DNA from: Octopus bimaculoides
Taxonomy: Eukaryota
Length of the DNA: 64,000 nt
Direction: 5' to 3'
NCBI RefSeq assembly: GCF_001194135.2
Contig: NC_068981.1
Span: forward strand, 3,978,510-4,042,509
A program made the position numbers and the translations under genes. The notes below the pieces were generated by a model. The model searched no databases and was not told the DNA's origin. It saw only the letters and a program-made list of their open reading frames with translations. Below are positions 11,987 through 26,078 of this stretch, piece by piece (positions within the stretch are counted from its first letter, which is position 1; each line of letters starts with the position of its first letter).

Positions 11987-12735
11987 TGTTGGTTTTTTCA
12001 TACATTTCCAGTCACAGAGAAAACTTTGAACCACATTCCTTCCAAGTAATTTCAAAAGCAGGAAAGCTTCCTCTTATTTATATTGCTTGGGGAGTTTATT
12101 CCATTGTACTTTTTCTAAAAGTTTTATTTTGCTTCGAGAACTTTGCTGCCAAACTAAGCATACAGGATTATTGGGGTCCAAATACCCTAAAATTAACGCT
12201 TGCACTTTCTGCTCCGCTCTTTCTAATTTATTTGCTGTGTCAGATCAGCACCACTCCAAACAATGAGAATAGGAGATATATTGACAGATTAACATCAGGT
12301 GTTACCTTTGACATTTTTGACACAGTTGACATTTTGGACATCCTCTTTGTTAAACAGTCCAAAGTACTTCTGACATTTGCAATGACTAAAACCATCTTAG
12401 GTTTCTCTTTGATTAATATATTTATGCCTTTAATTCCTCTATTTCTTGTTAGTCACTCGCATTATGGTAAAATCAAATTAAGAGACTCTTTCATGAACCT
12501 TTACCGCATTTTAATGATAGTGATTATCAATGTTCCATATTTGGTTATTCGTTTACGCTTGATCCATTTCTATGGGCACAATATGTCTATATTCCTGATT
12601 AAGAATTTCCTTTCAATCTTTGTTACATTTTATGATATTTATGAGAAAAAACAACTGGAAAGGTTGGAAAAAGCATCTGCCAAAGCTGCTTCCGAAACTG
12701 CTGCTGAGGGTACTGCTCTTGAAGAACGGGCTTAA
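11987..12735 (+). CDS. TMEM121/CECR6-family protein, coding exon 2 (to TAA); spliced CDS 915 nt, 304 aa
   Basis: Acceptor tcttttattttccag at 11986; phase-1 join G|TG = Val keeps the frame. Motifs GKLPLIYIAWGVYS, GPNTLKLTLALSAPLF, FDIFDTVDILDILF and NVPYLVIRL are typical of CECR6/TMEM121-like proteins (family recognised from memory). Confidence 0.85.
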
Positions 12736-15185
12736 ATGAATGCCTGCATATATATAAGGCCAAAGTCTGTTACAGGATTTGCGTTTGTCTCAGAAAGAAG
12801 CATTTCCTGTACAGAAACACTTGCTCCACTAAAATATAGGGAAAAATCAAAGACAAACAAAACAAAAAATACCATGGAAAAGTTACTGCAAAATACAACA
12901 AAAACAAAGAAACTATGACTGGTTTCTCTGTGATAACAATTTTGCTAATGTTGACACAAAATGGTGGATCCTTCTTTGGAACCTGATTTCATAAATTGAG
13001 TTATTGTATTCGTTCCGAGATATTTCATGTTCTATTTCATGGTTAGGAACTGTGACTTTTGAGACATTTAAGAGTAACCTTTTACAGGAAGTGTTAAATC
13101 TGTGTTTGCATGCATGAAACAAGTGTATTTTTGTTGATTATATTTTTATATTTATTCTGATATTCTTTAAAACTCATTACCTCTTTTGATACCAACCAGT
13201 CTGTGACTGTCCTTCCTTCTTTGATTCCGACTTCCTGTTTAAAGTGATGTAAATTAAAACTTTCCATCAAAATTCCATGTTAATTTATTTTCCCAATTAA
13301 TTACGACAAAGATATTTTAATCAATTCTTCATTGCCGTAGTGGATGACATAAAAGACACTGCCATAATAGATTAACCCCTATTTCAGCAACACATATTTA
13401 GGGGGAAAATATTTCTATGCATTAAAGCTTCTGGGTGGCCTAACTTCACATATAGGACCCTGGGTGATTTTTTTAAAAACAATTTGGTGGCGGGGAAAAC
13501 AGGCATCTTATATACCATCAGATATGATATTTTAAAAATTAGTTGGAAGAAGGGAAGCATATTTCAATGAATGAGGTAACTAATGGTTTAAAGATCAATT
13601 TACATTTTTGTATATTTTTATTTTAATATTTATAATTATACTTTCACAATAAGGTGTTAATTAGCAGAGTAATTAGAATGTTGGATAGAATGCCTTGCAG
13701 TATTTGTTCCAATTTGCTATACTTTGAGTTCAGATCCTGCCAAGGTCATTTATGGATTAAAAAGTACCATTCTTGAGCAATGGATTAACAGATTTGTTAA
13801 AGGGTTAGAAAAGATACCTGGAAATATCTGTTGCAACTCTTTGTGTTCTGACAGTAACAACTGTGATGACATTGATGCCAGTCTGTATAAGCCCAAGTTG
13901 GGATATGAAGAGGGGACACTTGCATACACATCTGCAAATCTTACCTCTGGCTGTGCAAACATCTGCATACTTGACTGGCTGAAACCCTTCAGAATTTTCA
14001 CAATAAATATATTTTTCTCAGAATTTAATAAAATTCTCTTCAACAAAGTCTTCTCTTCTAAACTGGGAACTGTCATGTGGCCCCTTCTACAGCAAGAAAC
14101 CTGTTCTACTCTGACCCCCATTTCTCATACTTTAACCCCTATTCTCCTCGCATGAAGCTGCCTCTCTCAAGGTTCATAGTCTTTCAGGCTACATGATGAC
14201 CTCACTCGTGCTAGTGACATGAGAAAAAGCACCCACCTGTAAAACATGCAGCCTTAGAAACCATCCCCAAATAGGCAGTGAAGCTTGATGTAGTCCTTGG
14301 ACCCATCAGATCCTGTCAAACTTATGCTAGTATGGAAGACAGACATTAAACGATATTTAATTCTATGAAGTCTTCAAATATAAGCCCTTGGCTATTCTTT
14401 TTAAATAATTTAACTATTAGCTGTAACGATGGGAATTCCATAGTTTACGTGAAATTGTAAAATAGAATTGTATTTTTTTCTGAAGCATTTGATTTTTAAA
14501 TGTTAGACTATTAAAACCTCTAACAACAAACTTTTAGTTTTATTTTCTGTCACAATAGTCTTTTCTAGAATGTTTTAAATCATGTCAGTGTACAGACATG
14601 TTATTTGAAATAAGCTGATGTATCATGATGTATGTTGACAGTTGCATCGTTTTCCACTCGTGCTCCCTTCAGTAAACACACACATAGCAATCCCTTTCTC
14701 CTAGCTCTCACCACTAACATTCTTTTCTCTCTTTCCATCTCTCCCTTCAACTGACTACATGACAGTGTCACACATTTGGCCTTAGCGTATTCATAGATTC
14801 TAGGTTGTCTCTCCTTCCTTTTCTAGACCATAAGTCATTTCAATAATGCCTTGATCTTACCACTAAGGTTAATCCAAATATTTTGACTCACTATATCTAA
14901 CTTATGGTTCCCACTTTACTTCATAATGCAGCAACTCACTGCCATTGTGTCCTTTTAACCAAACTTTCTGTCTCAATATTTTTGTTTTTTATATTATTTG
15001 CTTGAAAATTGTTTTCCAGTTTCTACAACCATTAAACCAATCCAAAAGCTATTTCATTTTGAGATATTTTTGTAAACATCATTGCTTGACTCAAAATGTT
15101 GCTGTGACTTTTGAGATGCTAAATTTCTTCAGTATTTTGTGTATTTTTATAATAAAAACAATATTACTAAAAATGTTTGTGGGGG

Positions 15186-15216
<31 letters not shown>

Positions 15217-15844
15217 GCCATGTCTTAAAAATGTTGCTTTCTTATATTTTCTGAAAATATAAAATATTTCTGAATGAAATATATTTGGTTTATTTTTATT
15301 TCTTTTTTTATCATTTTAGTCATTAGACTGTGGCCATGCTGGGGCACCATCTTGAGGAACTTTGGTCAAATTTTTAAGCCTGGCACTTATTCTATCAGTC
15401 TCTCTTGCCAAACTGCTAAGTTACAGGGACGTAAACACACCAACACCAGGTGTCAAGCAGTGGCAGGGATAAACACATATATAAAGACATACACACATGC
15501 ATAAATACACAATGGGCTTCTTTCAGTTTCCGTCTGCCAAATCCACTCATGAGGTTTTGGTTGGCCCAAGGCTATAATAGAAGAATCTTGCCCAAGGTTC
15601 CACACAGTGGAATTGAACCTGGAACCATGTGGTTGGAAGCAACCTTCTTACCACACAGTCACTCCTGTACCCACATCCACAACGATATTTGAGTTTTTGT
15701 GTTGTTTTTTTTTTTAATTTTTTTTTTCTGCAGTTCAATGGAAGAATAAATGTATGTGTGTGTGTAAGAGAAAAATACACAATTCTTTGCATGTAAGTAC
15801 AATGTACAATTTTGTGTATGGAAATCCAATATTTGGACAGAATT

Positions 15845-16355
15845 ATCATCATTATCATTTAACGTCCACTTTCCATGCTGGCATGGGTTGGATGGTCTGA
15901 GGACTGGCAAGCCAGAAGGCTGCACTAGGCTCCAATCTGATTTGGCAAGGTTTCTACAGCTGGATGCCCTTCCTAACGCCAACCGCTTTACAGAGTGTAG
16001 TTAGTGCTTTTTACATGCCACTGGCACAGGAGCCATTCAGGCAGCACTAGCATCGACCACGCTCAGATGGTGCTTTTTATATATATATGAAAGAAGTACA
16101 TCATATATATANNNNNNNNNNCATGTAAAAAGCACCAACTGAATGTGGTCATTGCCAGCCTCCTCTCGCCCCTGTGCCAGTGGCAAGTAAAAAGCACCCA
16201 GTACACTCTCGGAGTGGTTGGTGTTAGGAAGGGCATCCAGCTGTAGAAACACTGCCAGATCAGACTGGAGCCTGGTGCAGCCTCCTGGCTTCCAAGACCT
16301 CAGTCTAACCGTCCAACCCATGCCAGCATGGAAAAACGGACATTAAATGATGATG
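15845..16355. mobile_element. inverted pair of (CAT)n-tailed SINE-like family C elements (about 20 copies across the window)
   Basis: Core ggttggyrttaggaagggcatccagctgtagaaac...aaccgtccaacccatgccagcatggaaa...gatgatgat is present in - orientation at 15845-16075 and + orientation at 16120-16355. Confidence 0.8.
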
Positions 16356-18454
16356 ATATATATATATATGTTGCGCTTCTTTCAGTTTCCATCTCCAAAT
16401 ATACTCACAAGGCTTTGGTCAACCAAGGGCTATTGTGGAACACACTTGCCCAAGGTGCCATGCAGTGGGATTGAACCCAGAAGCATGCAGTTGGGAAGCA
16501 AGCTTCTTATGTATTTGTAGTATAATGTATGGATTCATAGAATCGGGGTTATCACAGAAAGCTCCTCCAACAGACATGGCTATCAGACCACAAAGTAACC
16601 ATAGTGTAATGCAGCTGAAATCCTGGAGATCCAGTCATTGAAATTATTGCATGATGTATATATAAACCATAAAAAGTCAGCAGGGATGAGACATGAAGAT
16701 ATTATTTAACCACTTGACATATTTAGGATAAACAGCCGTTTTGCTGCCTACTTCATGTAATGATGATTTCAATGTATAATATATTATTTTACATCTCTGC
16801 ACCAATGTGTGACATGTAATGCCACACATTGTACAATACAATTGTGTATTTATTAACCGATGCAGATTAAGAAAGCTAGCTCATCAGGTCGCTGGAACAT
16901 GATGTTTATACCAATTATCATATATCATTTTTTTGTTCTTTTATTAGTTTCAATTATTGGACCAAGACCATGCTGGGGTTTCTGTCTGGAAGGATCTAGT
17001 AAAACAACACGCATAAATACATATATACATACAGATATAGATAGATAAATACATAATGGGCTTCCCCACAGTTTCCACCTATCAAATCCACATGGAAAGC
17101 ATTGGTTGACTCAGGACTATGGAAGAAGACATTTGCCCATGGTGTGGCACAATCTGAAACCACGTGGTTGCAAAGCAAGCTTCTTCTTTACCCACATGGC
17201 CATACCTGCACTGACATTCATTTTTATTCATTTGGCAGACTGATATTCTAGATTTTAAAACCGATTCCTAAGATAACAGATAAAAGAGCAAAGTCTGTCT
17301 GCACAGACTTTGCTCTGCCTCCCCATAGTTATTGAAAAGGGAATGCTTTTTCGGTCTATACAATAATATCAACTCTATGATAGGAGAAAAAGAAATTTCA
17401 CCATCATTGTTTAACATCCATCTTCCATGCTATCATGGGTTGGACAGTTTGACAGAAGCTGGTAAGGCTCTAATTGTCTGTTTTGGCCTGGCTTTTATGG
17501 CTGGATGCCTTTCTTAATGCCAACCACTTCACCGTGTATTGAGTGCTTCTTATGTGGGATCAGCACCTGTGAGCTCACAAGACAAGGGGTGGAAGCAAGA
17601 GATTACAGCATGATAGAGGGACAGAAGTAGCCCTTTTACTATTGAGAAGATACCTTGGCTACCTCAGTAGGACAAGGAAACAGAGGAAGATGGGAGAGAG
17701 TTGGAGTGAGAGAGAGAGAGGGCCTGGCCCCAGGGAACAATGTGGGGTTGTATGAGTAGTACAGGAGGGACAGAGTGGGGTGTTCCATAAGAGTGTGGGG
17801 GGGAGATGTTTAGAAATAGCAAGTGATGTTAGGATGGGTATGGTTGGTATGTGGAAAATGAGGGAGAGTGGAGAGTGGAGGGGCCTGCAGTGGGGTGTGG
17901 GAGAATCTGATAGATGACAGAATTGAAACTTAAAAAAGTATTCCTTTCTACTCTATGTACAAGGCCCAAAAATTTAGGGGAGGGAGCCAGTCGATTAGAT
18001 CGACCCCAGTACGTAACTGGTACTTAATATATTGACCCTGAAAGGATGAAAGGCAAAGTCGACTTCAGCGGAATTTGAACTCAGAACGTAAAGACAGATG
18101 AAATACCACTAAGCATTTCACGTTTCTGCCAGCTCACCACCTTGAATTAATTTAAAAAAAATTTAATTATTATTGGATTCATCATAATCATCAACATCAA
18201 CGTCACCATTTTAACATCCGCTTTTTCATGCTTGCATGGGTCGGACGGAATTCGTTGAAGGTGATTTTCTATAGCTAAACACTTGTCCTTGTCAACAACC
18301 TTCACATGTTGCCAAGCAAGGCGATATTTCCTCCATGCCCAGACACATGTTTTCATGGAAGATTGCAAATGAAGGACAACTCCTTGTATGATGGCGATAT
18401 CCATTTGCAACAACCATGCAGGGGCAAGACAAGGAGATAGCAACAGACACGTGT

Positions 18455-18506
<52 letters not shown>

Positions 18507-19645
18507 TCTTTTACTTGTTTCAGTCATTCGACTGCAGCCATGCAGTTGAACAAATCGACACCAGGACTTATTCTTTGTAAGCCTTGTACATAGTCTACTG
18601 GACTCTTTTGCCGAACTGCTAAGTTACAGGGATGTAAACACACCAATATCAGTTGTCAGGTGATGGCAGGGGCAGGGGTGGGGGAACAAACACACGCAAA
18701 TATATACACATACATACACACATACATATATATATACATGATGGGCTTGTTTCAGTTTCTGTCCACCAAATCCACTCATAAGGTTTTGGTCGGCCTGAGG
18801 CTATAGTAGAAGACACTTGCCCAAGGTGCCACGCAGTGGGACTGAACCCGCAACCATGTGGTTGGGAAGCAAGCTTCTTACCACACAGCCATATATGTAT
18901 ATATACATACATGTATGGTGTAAAGCACTTGTGGTGGTGCCATGTAAAAGCACCCAGTACACTCTGTAAAGTGGTTGGCATTAGGAAGGGCATCCAACTG
19001 TAGAAACCAGGCCAAATCAGAGTGGAGTATGGTGCAGTCCTCCAGCTCTGGTCAAACCGTCCAACCCATGACAGCATGGACAACAGACATTGAAGGATAA
19101 TGAGGATGATACATATACATGCATATAGCCTCATCATTTAATGTCCATTTTCCATGCTAGAAATAGTATACATTTGTATATATATATATGTATATATTAG
19201 GAAGGTGTGGAGGTGCAATGGTCCAGTGGTCAGGGTAACAGACTCACAGTTTCAATTCCCAGACCGGGCATTGTGAGTGTTTATTGAGCAAAAAGACCTA
19301 AAGCTCCACGAGGCTCTGGCAGGGGATGGTGGCGAACCCTGCTGTACTCTTTCACCACAACTTTCTCTCACTCTTTCTTCCTGTTTCTGTTGTACCTGTA
19401 TTTCAAAGGGGCCAGCCTTATCACACTCTGTGTCATGCTGAATCTCCCCGAGAACTACGTTAAGGGCACACGTGTCTGCAGAGTGCATATATGCTAATTC
19501 TACGAGCAGGCTGTTCCGTTGATCGGATCAACTGGAACCCTTGTTGTCGTAACTGACAGAGTGCCACTATTAGGAAGGCAATGAACACAAAAAGAATAAA
19601 ACAACACAGAAAGATAGGTTTTTTAACAAACTTATATTAGTTTAA

Positions 19646-21391
19646 CCCGTTAGTGTTCAGATTAATCTGTCAAATGTAATGCTTATTTGTTCAAATTATT
19701 TTGAATTATTCAGATTCAAGAGTGGTGTCCACAATATTTGCTTGTAACTTTAATTTTTTACATACAGATTTGAAATTTTGTCAGTGGGTGCTTATATACC
19801 AGTGGTTTATAGTTATGTAATTTTAGCTGACCTTTCTGATTAAATTTACCTTTTATGGATAGGAAAATTTAATTAACAGGTGTAAAAGCAATAACATTAT
19901 GGATTAACACTAAAATTGAAATTCTTAATGCATCTTACCTGTTTGATTTGTTACTAAAACTATCCCAGATGTCAACTACCAATAATTTTACCACTTTTCA
20001 AGATGAGGGAAATTAATTTGAATTAATTAAAATACAGGTATAATTAGTACAAGATTTTATTCTTTCTCTATATTTCATTCAAAATAAAGTACAAAACTCT
20101 TTTATTAGTCAATATACGATTGACTATGCACTCTTATACAATTTAATGAATACATTTACATAACAAAATGCATCTAATAAAAAAGCTCATTAACAGGTGA
20201 GACAAAGGTGAATACAGGTGTGTAATATACTGAAAATTAATATCTCTCACTTTCACATTATTTGTAATAAAATGAGAGGAATATATGATAGTATTACTAT
20301 CAAACCACAAAATATAGTTATGTCATATTTCTATCATGAAACTGTCCAAAGCACCCTTTACACAGAGGCACTTTGCAAAATGAAAACATATACGAGGTCT
20401 CGACCTGATATCCTTTCGCAGCAAACTTTTTTCCTTCCATTTATTTTTTCCACTTTATGGCAGTCAATATTTTCTCTGTTGACACCCACCTCAGTTAATT
20501 TTGCTTTTCTCCCAGTTCTGTGCTTTCTGGAAGAAAAGCCCTCACATAATCGAAATGCGATGTCAACCTGAAATTTCGAATGGTCTTAATTCTTCAGTGG
20601 CAGAGTTACCTTGTGGCTTTTAGCATAAACAATATCTGAATTAACTATAGTTAGACATAATGCTGGAGACATATGGATCAGCATACCTCATATCAGGACT
20701 CCAGTAGTTCCACAGTTGTGGAAGCTGCTTGATACCAAACATAAAGCTCACATTTCCGCAGCATCAGTCGGCTGCTTTAGTGGATTGAGTCTTCCACAAA
20801 TAGAAATCATGCGTTGAACATATGTATTTGTTTTGTCTGCGACAGTTTCAAAAAAACCTTTTTGGTAAAAATGAAAATAAATAATCCAATGGTTGAGCAT
20901 CGGGAGGTAGACTGTGTTGTGAACCAGTCTTTTCTATGAAATCAGGAATTGTGGTTGATGTAGTAACCTTCGACCATGTTGCCGTGATGTTTTCATTATC
21001 ATTTTCGTTACTTTCATTATCAAAATCTTTGTCTGGTGAAGATTCATAAATATCAATCTCGGATTTGTCCGAAGACAAATCACTGTTCTTTTTTTGTTTA
21101 TATTTTGTACATCATCAAGAGTAAAACCATCAGAGTCGGAATCGATGCTTGCCAACGCCATATTGTTAAAAGCTAAGAATGTACACTTCTCTTGAAATGT
21201 TGGAAAAAACCAAGAAGGCTCAAAAATTTCACGGTATTTTTACTTGAATAAAGGCAGGAAAGGTTTTACCTAAAAGCTACAAGAATTCAATAATGGGATT
21301 TATTTGTTAAGCAATTTCTTAAAGGAATCAAATATGGCCGGTTCAAACAAATAAAGGGGAATTATTTTCGGCTGGTCTGAACACTAAAGGG
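19646..21391 (-). mobile_element. internally deleted piggyBac element with degenerate transposase 5' part
   Basis: Ends TTAA|CCCGTTAGTGTTCAGA and TCTGAACACTAAAGGG|TAA. The minus strand encodes an acidic N-terminus, then ...GSQHSLPPDAQPLDYLFSFLPKRFFETVADKTNTYVQ (PGBD4-like DDE_Tnp_1_7 start) with stops and frameshifts. Confidence 0.75.
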
Positions 21392-24127
21392 TAATCCTTA
21401 AAAAGAAGGAAGAGAATTTTGATGTTTCAGATGGCTGTCCTTTATCAGAAGAATGAATGAGAAAATGTGGTTGTGAGAGAAGAAAAAACAAAGGTTCAGT
21501 GGCCAGATCTATAGGCTTCTCTCAAGTTTCCATCAACTAAAAAGCTACTCACATGCAAGCATGGAAAAGAATGATAAAATGATAATCATATATTTCGATG
21601 CTAATTCAACTATACATAATAGCTTATAATGCTTTGGATTAACACTTTTAATGGTAAAAAAAAAAAAAGAAAAAAAAAACCCAACAGAAAGCTGCTAACA
21701 AGAATTTGAACCATTTATCATTTGTAACTCAGACGAAAATGCTACCAATTACTCATCTTCCATCCAAATTATCTCCCCTTAACTCTTTTTTTTACCATGT
21801 CTGTTGAAATACACGGCCTTTGTTTCAATTAACTTTGAAAATAAACCGTTTCGTAAAACAACCAATTATTAAGCTGGTGTCTGAAACATTATAGCGAAAG
21901 GTTTTAATTTAGAATATATTTAAGGTAAGAAATTTTTATCACAGGACCAAGGGCAGTGTCAGATGGGCTGGTACCAACAAAAAAGTCTGAATGGATGATA
22001 TTCAGAAAAAATTACTTTCTATAATTTGTAGCACATCTGATGGAGTTACAGAAGTCCTTTAGGAAGCTTTTTGCCCTTCTATCCAAAGGATTTTTTCATC
22101 CAATGTGATATAACTCATTATTCATAGCTGAACTTTAATCGAGATACATCATTAATAAAGACTTATTTAAATATTTCTCAATGTTTCTACATTTGTGTGA
22201 TAAATATAAAGAGATGTTCTCATTAGTAAGATGAAGATTAACTCATTTAATCTGAGGGAACAGAAGATGCGGAGTTTAAACTCCATGGGCAGCTCTCGGC
22301 TGTTTTGCTATCCAAACATAATTCTTTTTTACTCTAATCGCAAGGACTGAAAATTTTGGAGAGGGGAGGGGGAGCAATCGATTTCATCGACCTCAGTACG
22401 CAACTGGTACTTAATTTATCGACCCCTGAAAGGATGAAAGGCAAAGTCGACCTTAGCGGAATTTGAACTCAGAACATGGACATGAAATATCACTAAGCAT
22501 TTTGCTCGATGTGTTAATGTTTCTGCCAGTTGGCCACCTTACTTAAACTCATGTATTGTAAAGTATCATTTACAGGTGAATTTTCTTTGAGATACATTGA
22601 AGACGAAGACTTGCATCTAAGAAACAAAATCATAACTTATGTCTTATGAACTTTACAGCAAGGCGAGTAAAAGGATTCAGAATCTAGGGTTTCTTAGACC
22701 CTAGTGAAAAGGGGGAATGATTAAGAATGCCTTATTTTTGTATAGGAAAACATTTGTTCATAACTAGTGAAAAGGGGTATTTTTAAAAATACCTGTTAAT
22801 TATAACCAGCGAAAAAGGGTACAATTGAGGGCGCCTTATTTCTGCACTGGAAAGCACTTCGTTCAGCATCCATTGTCCATGCTGGCATAGGTTGGATGGT
22901 TTGACCTGGACTGGTAAGACAAGGGGCTGCACCAGACTCCAGTCTAATTTGGCAAGGTTTCTATGGCTGGATGCTTTTATCCTAAAAAGTAAGTATTTAA
23001 CATTGTCTCTCAGTCTCTGTCTGTCTGCTTTTCTCCTGGGTTTGCCAAGTTATCTCCTCTATAGTAAGACACCTATTTCTCTCCCTTTATTATACTTTAA
23101 CCTCTCAAGTGGCACAAAAACCATCTCCCTCTCTCAGCTGCAGGGTCTTTGTCAGCTCCACTGGTGCCGGTGCCACATAAAAAGCACCCAGTACACTGTC
23201 AATTGGTTAGTGTTAGGAAGAGTATCAAGCCATAGAAACCATGCCAAAACATACAATTGGGGCCTGGTGCAGCTCTCCAGCCATGCCAGCTCCTGTCAAA
23301 CCATCCAAAATGAAAGATGGATGATGAGGGTGATGAAATAAATGAACTCAGAATATAACTGGTAGTCTTAGTAACTGCTTGCTAATAATAGCAAGCAAAT
23401 TTCACGATTGGTTCATAGTAGGAAGGCTCTCCACTTGAAAAATAAAGAAACAGGCAAAAACCTATAGTATAGGAGAGAGGTGGGGGAGGAAGAGAGAGAG
23501 GGAGGGAGGGAGAAGTGGGGACAATGACAACCTATTCTTGGTAGAAAATGGTTAAGTAAACGCTTTTAATAAAAAAACAAAACAATTANNNNNNNNNNNN
23601 NNNNNNNNNNNNNNNNNNNNNNNNNNNNNNNNNNNNNNNNNNNNNNNNNNNNNNNNNNNNNNNNNNNNNNNNNNNNNNNNNNNNNNNNNNNNNNNNNNNN
23701 NNNNNNNNNNNNNNNNNNNNNNNNNNNNNNNNNNNNNNNNNNNNNNNNNNNNNNNNNNNNNNNNNNNNNNNNNNNNNNNNNNNNNNNNNNNNNNNNNNNN
23801 NNNNNNNNNNNNNNNNNNNNNNNNNNNNNNNNNNNNNNNNNNNNNNNNNNNNNNNNNNNNNNNNNNNNNNNNNNNNNNNNNNNNNNNNNNNNNNNNNNNN
23901 NNNNNNNNNNNNNNNNNNNNNNNNNNNNNNNNNNNNNNNNNNNNNNNNNNNNNNNNNNNNNNNNNNNNNNNNNNNNNNNNNNNNNNNNNNNNNNNNNNNN
24001 NNNNNNNNNNNNNNNNNNNNNNNNNNNNNNNNNNNNNNNNNNNNNNNNNNNNNNNNNNNNNNNNNNNNNNNNNNNNNNNNNNNNNNNNNNNNNNNNNNNN
24101 NNNNNNNNNNNNNNNNNNNNNNNNNNN

Positions 24128-24174
<47 letters not shown>

Positions 24175-24519
24175 TACATATATATACATATATATGTACA
24201 TATATATACACACACATACATACACATATGTATGTATACATATGTATATATGATGGCATACTAAAAGTGATTCACATTTATTGTCTAAATGTGAATTTTA
24301 AAAAAAATCAAAAACAGAAAAAAAAAACAGGGTTAAGACAAACTTGAAAAGGAAATTAAAGAAAAGAAAGAAGGAAAGGAAAGAAGTTATTGAATAAAAT
24401 ATCGAAAGATAAATAATCTTTAATCATTTATTATGGAAGAGAAACCAGAAGTTAGCATTAGTATCTAAGCATGAAATGGGCAATAAAACACACACAGAGA
24501 GATAGATAGATAGATAGAT

Positions 24520-24586
<67 letters not shown>

Positions 24587-24654
24587 NNNNNNNNNNAGAA
24601 AGAGAGAGAGAGAAAGAGAGCAGTAGACCAACAGACACAGAGAAGTGCTCTACA

Positions 24655-24660
24655 TTTATT
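24655..24660 (-). terminator. candidate polyadenylation signal AATAAA of the GDI transcript (3' UTR ~1.3 kb)
   Basis: TTTATT on + at the end of a long U-rich tract downstream of the GDI stop, followed by TC/TG-rich sequence. Other AATAAA hexamers exist upstream, so this is tentative. Confidence 0.35.
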
Positions 24661-25937
24661 GTTCAAACTGAAGACATGACATTATCATACATTATCTGAT
24701 TGATGTGGATACAGACAGTTTATTATTATTATTATTATTATTATTATTGAGAGCAATGATGGCACTTCGATAATCAAAAAAAAACAGAAAAACACAGAAC
24801 TAGCCAATGATCATTAGATTGCTTTTATTTTTTTTTTTTAATTAATTTTAAGAACTTATACCATTGTATTTTTTTAAAATTTCAATCAAGCCTTTTTTTT
24901 TAAAATATTTTTTTTTCCTAATTGTTTTTTGGTCAATCAAAACATGACAATATTGAAAAGAAAAAATGGTGCATAAGAAAGTTTTACATATTTTTTTCCA
25001 AAAGAAAAAAAAAAAAAATACTCAAAATGTAATGGAAAACTTGAAAAGAAAAAAAAGGTAAAAGATGATAACACATTAAATACCTAAACATCGAATAGAT
25101 TGAAGAAGAAATGTTGAGACAAAGCTAAAATTTTAATGAAGGCTTATTTGAAGAGATTTTACATTAAAGGATTAACTACTACAGGGGGGAAATCAAGTGT
25201 GCAGAGAAGTCTAGGCTGTTATTGTTATCATCATCATCATCATCGTTATTATTATATTAGTTGAACAGTTAATTCTTGGTTTCAGGGTTATTATTGTAAC
25301 AAATTAATGATAAGATACAAATAAGCTAATTCATATTATTTTATGTGAGAAGAAACTAAGAAAATAAGCAGAAAAAAAAAAAAGGAAAATATATGTATAA
25401 TGTAGAAATTTAATAATTTCCATTGACAAGAATACCATAATTTAATAAAAAGAAGTAATATGTAACAAGAAATTAAAATTAAAAAATACAGGATTGATTA
25501 CTAAATATGAATTTTATTTTATTGTAGTAACTGTTTCATAGCTAAGAGAAAAAGATTGTCTCTGCTCTGCAAAATTTATGAACTCATCAGGAAAAGAAAG
25601 AAAAAACAAAAAGAAAAAAAAAAACAATGGAACAATTTTTGTCTCATGCCAATGAGCCAAAGCCTAAAAGTAGTCTAGACATTAGATATCTGTGACAAAT
25701 GTGAACTACATTATTAATAGAACATCACAGAAATGACTAGTCGAGCTATCAGTATGAATAAGCATGTCAAAAGCCTAATGATCCAAACTAGCTTCGAAGC
25801 TGTTGGGATGTAATAGTGTGCTGCTGAGAGAAAAGCAGGAAGAGAATGTTTGCATCCAGAGCAGATGTTGGTGTTAAAAGGGGAAACATCTGAATCTTGC
25901 CAGGAGCAACATTAATCCAGTTATGTGAAATACAGCC

Positions 25938-26078
25938 TCAGCAATTATCTTCCATTCCAGCATGTGTGACTTTCGAAAAGTCAAAATCTTCCCCAGTGGC
26001 TCGTTTGAAAATATCCAAAACATCGTTACATGTAGTTTCAAAGTGAGTGGTGGCATCATAATTCTTGGAGATAAAGAG
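25938..26078 (-). CDS. GDI: Rab GDP-dissociation inhibitor, last coding exon (exon 11)
   Basis: Acceptor tttttccag; [57 protein letters not shown] is a GDI hallmark. Confidence 0.97.
   Translation of the reverse strand, partial: LFISKNYDATTHFETTCNDVLDIFKRATGEDFDFSKVTHAGMEDNC

Noticed and set aside
12736-12918. 60-aa ORF starting immediately after the TMEM121-like stop (TAAATG)
   Set aside because: Low-complexity K/T/N-rich 3' UTR sequence with no evidence of readthrough or reinitiation.
13724-14155. Overlapping antisense ORFs of 143 aa (+) and 123 aa (-)
   Set aside because: The + ORF starts inside a family A SINE scrap (gagttcagatcctgccaaggtca). I recognise no motif or convincing splice sites, so this is probably decayed repeat, though a BLASTX was not possible.
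22700-22860. Three spaced ctagtgaaaagggg-like repeats suggesting a CRISPR-like array
   Set aside because: Only three degenerate ~15-bp units with related spacers in a eukaryotic context and no cas genes; likely an internal repeat of a decayed element.
25938-25960. GDI C-terminal cysteine (...MEDNC*) as a prenylation signal
   Set aside because: A single terminal Cys fits neither CaaX nor CC/CXC motifs.
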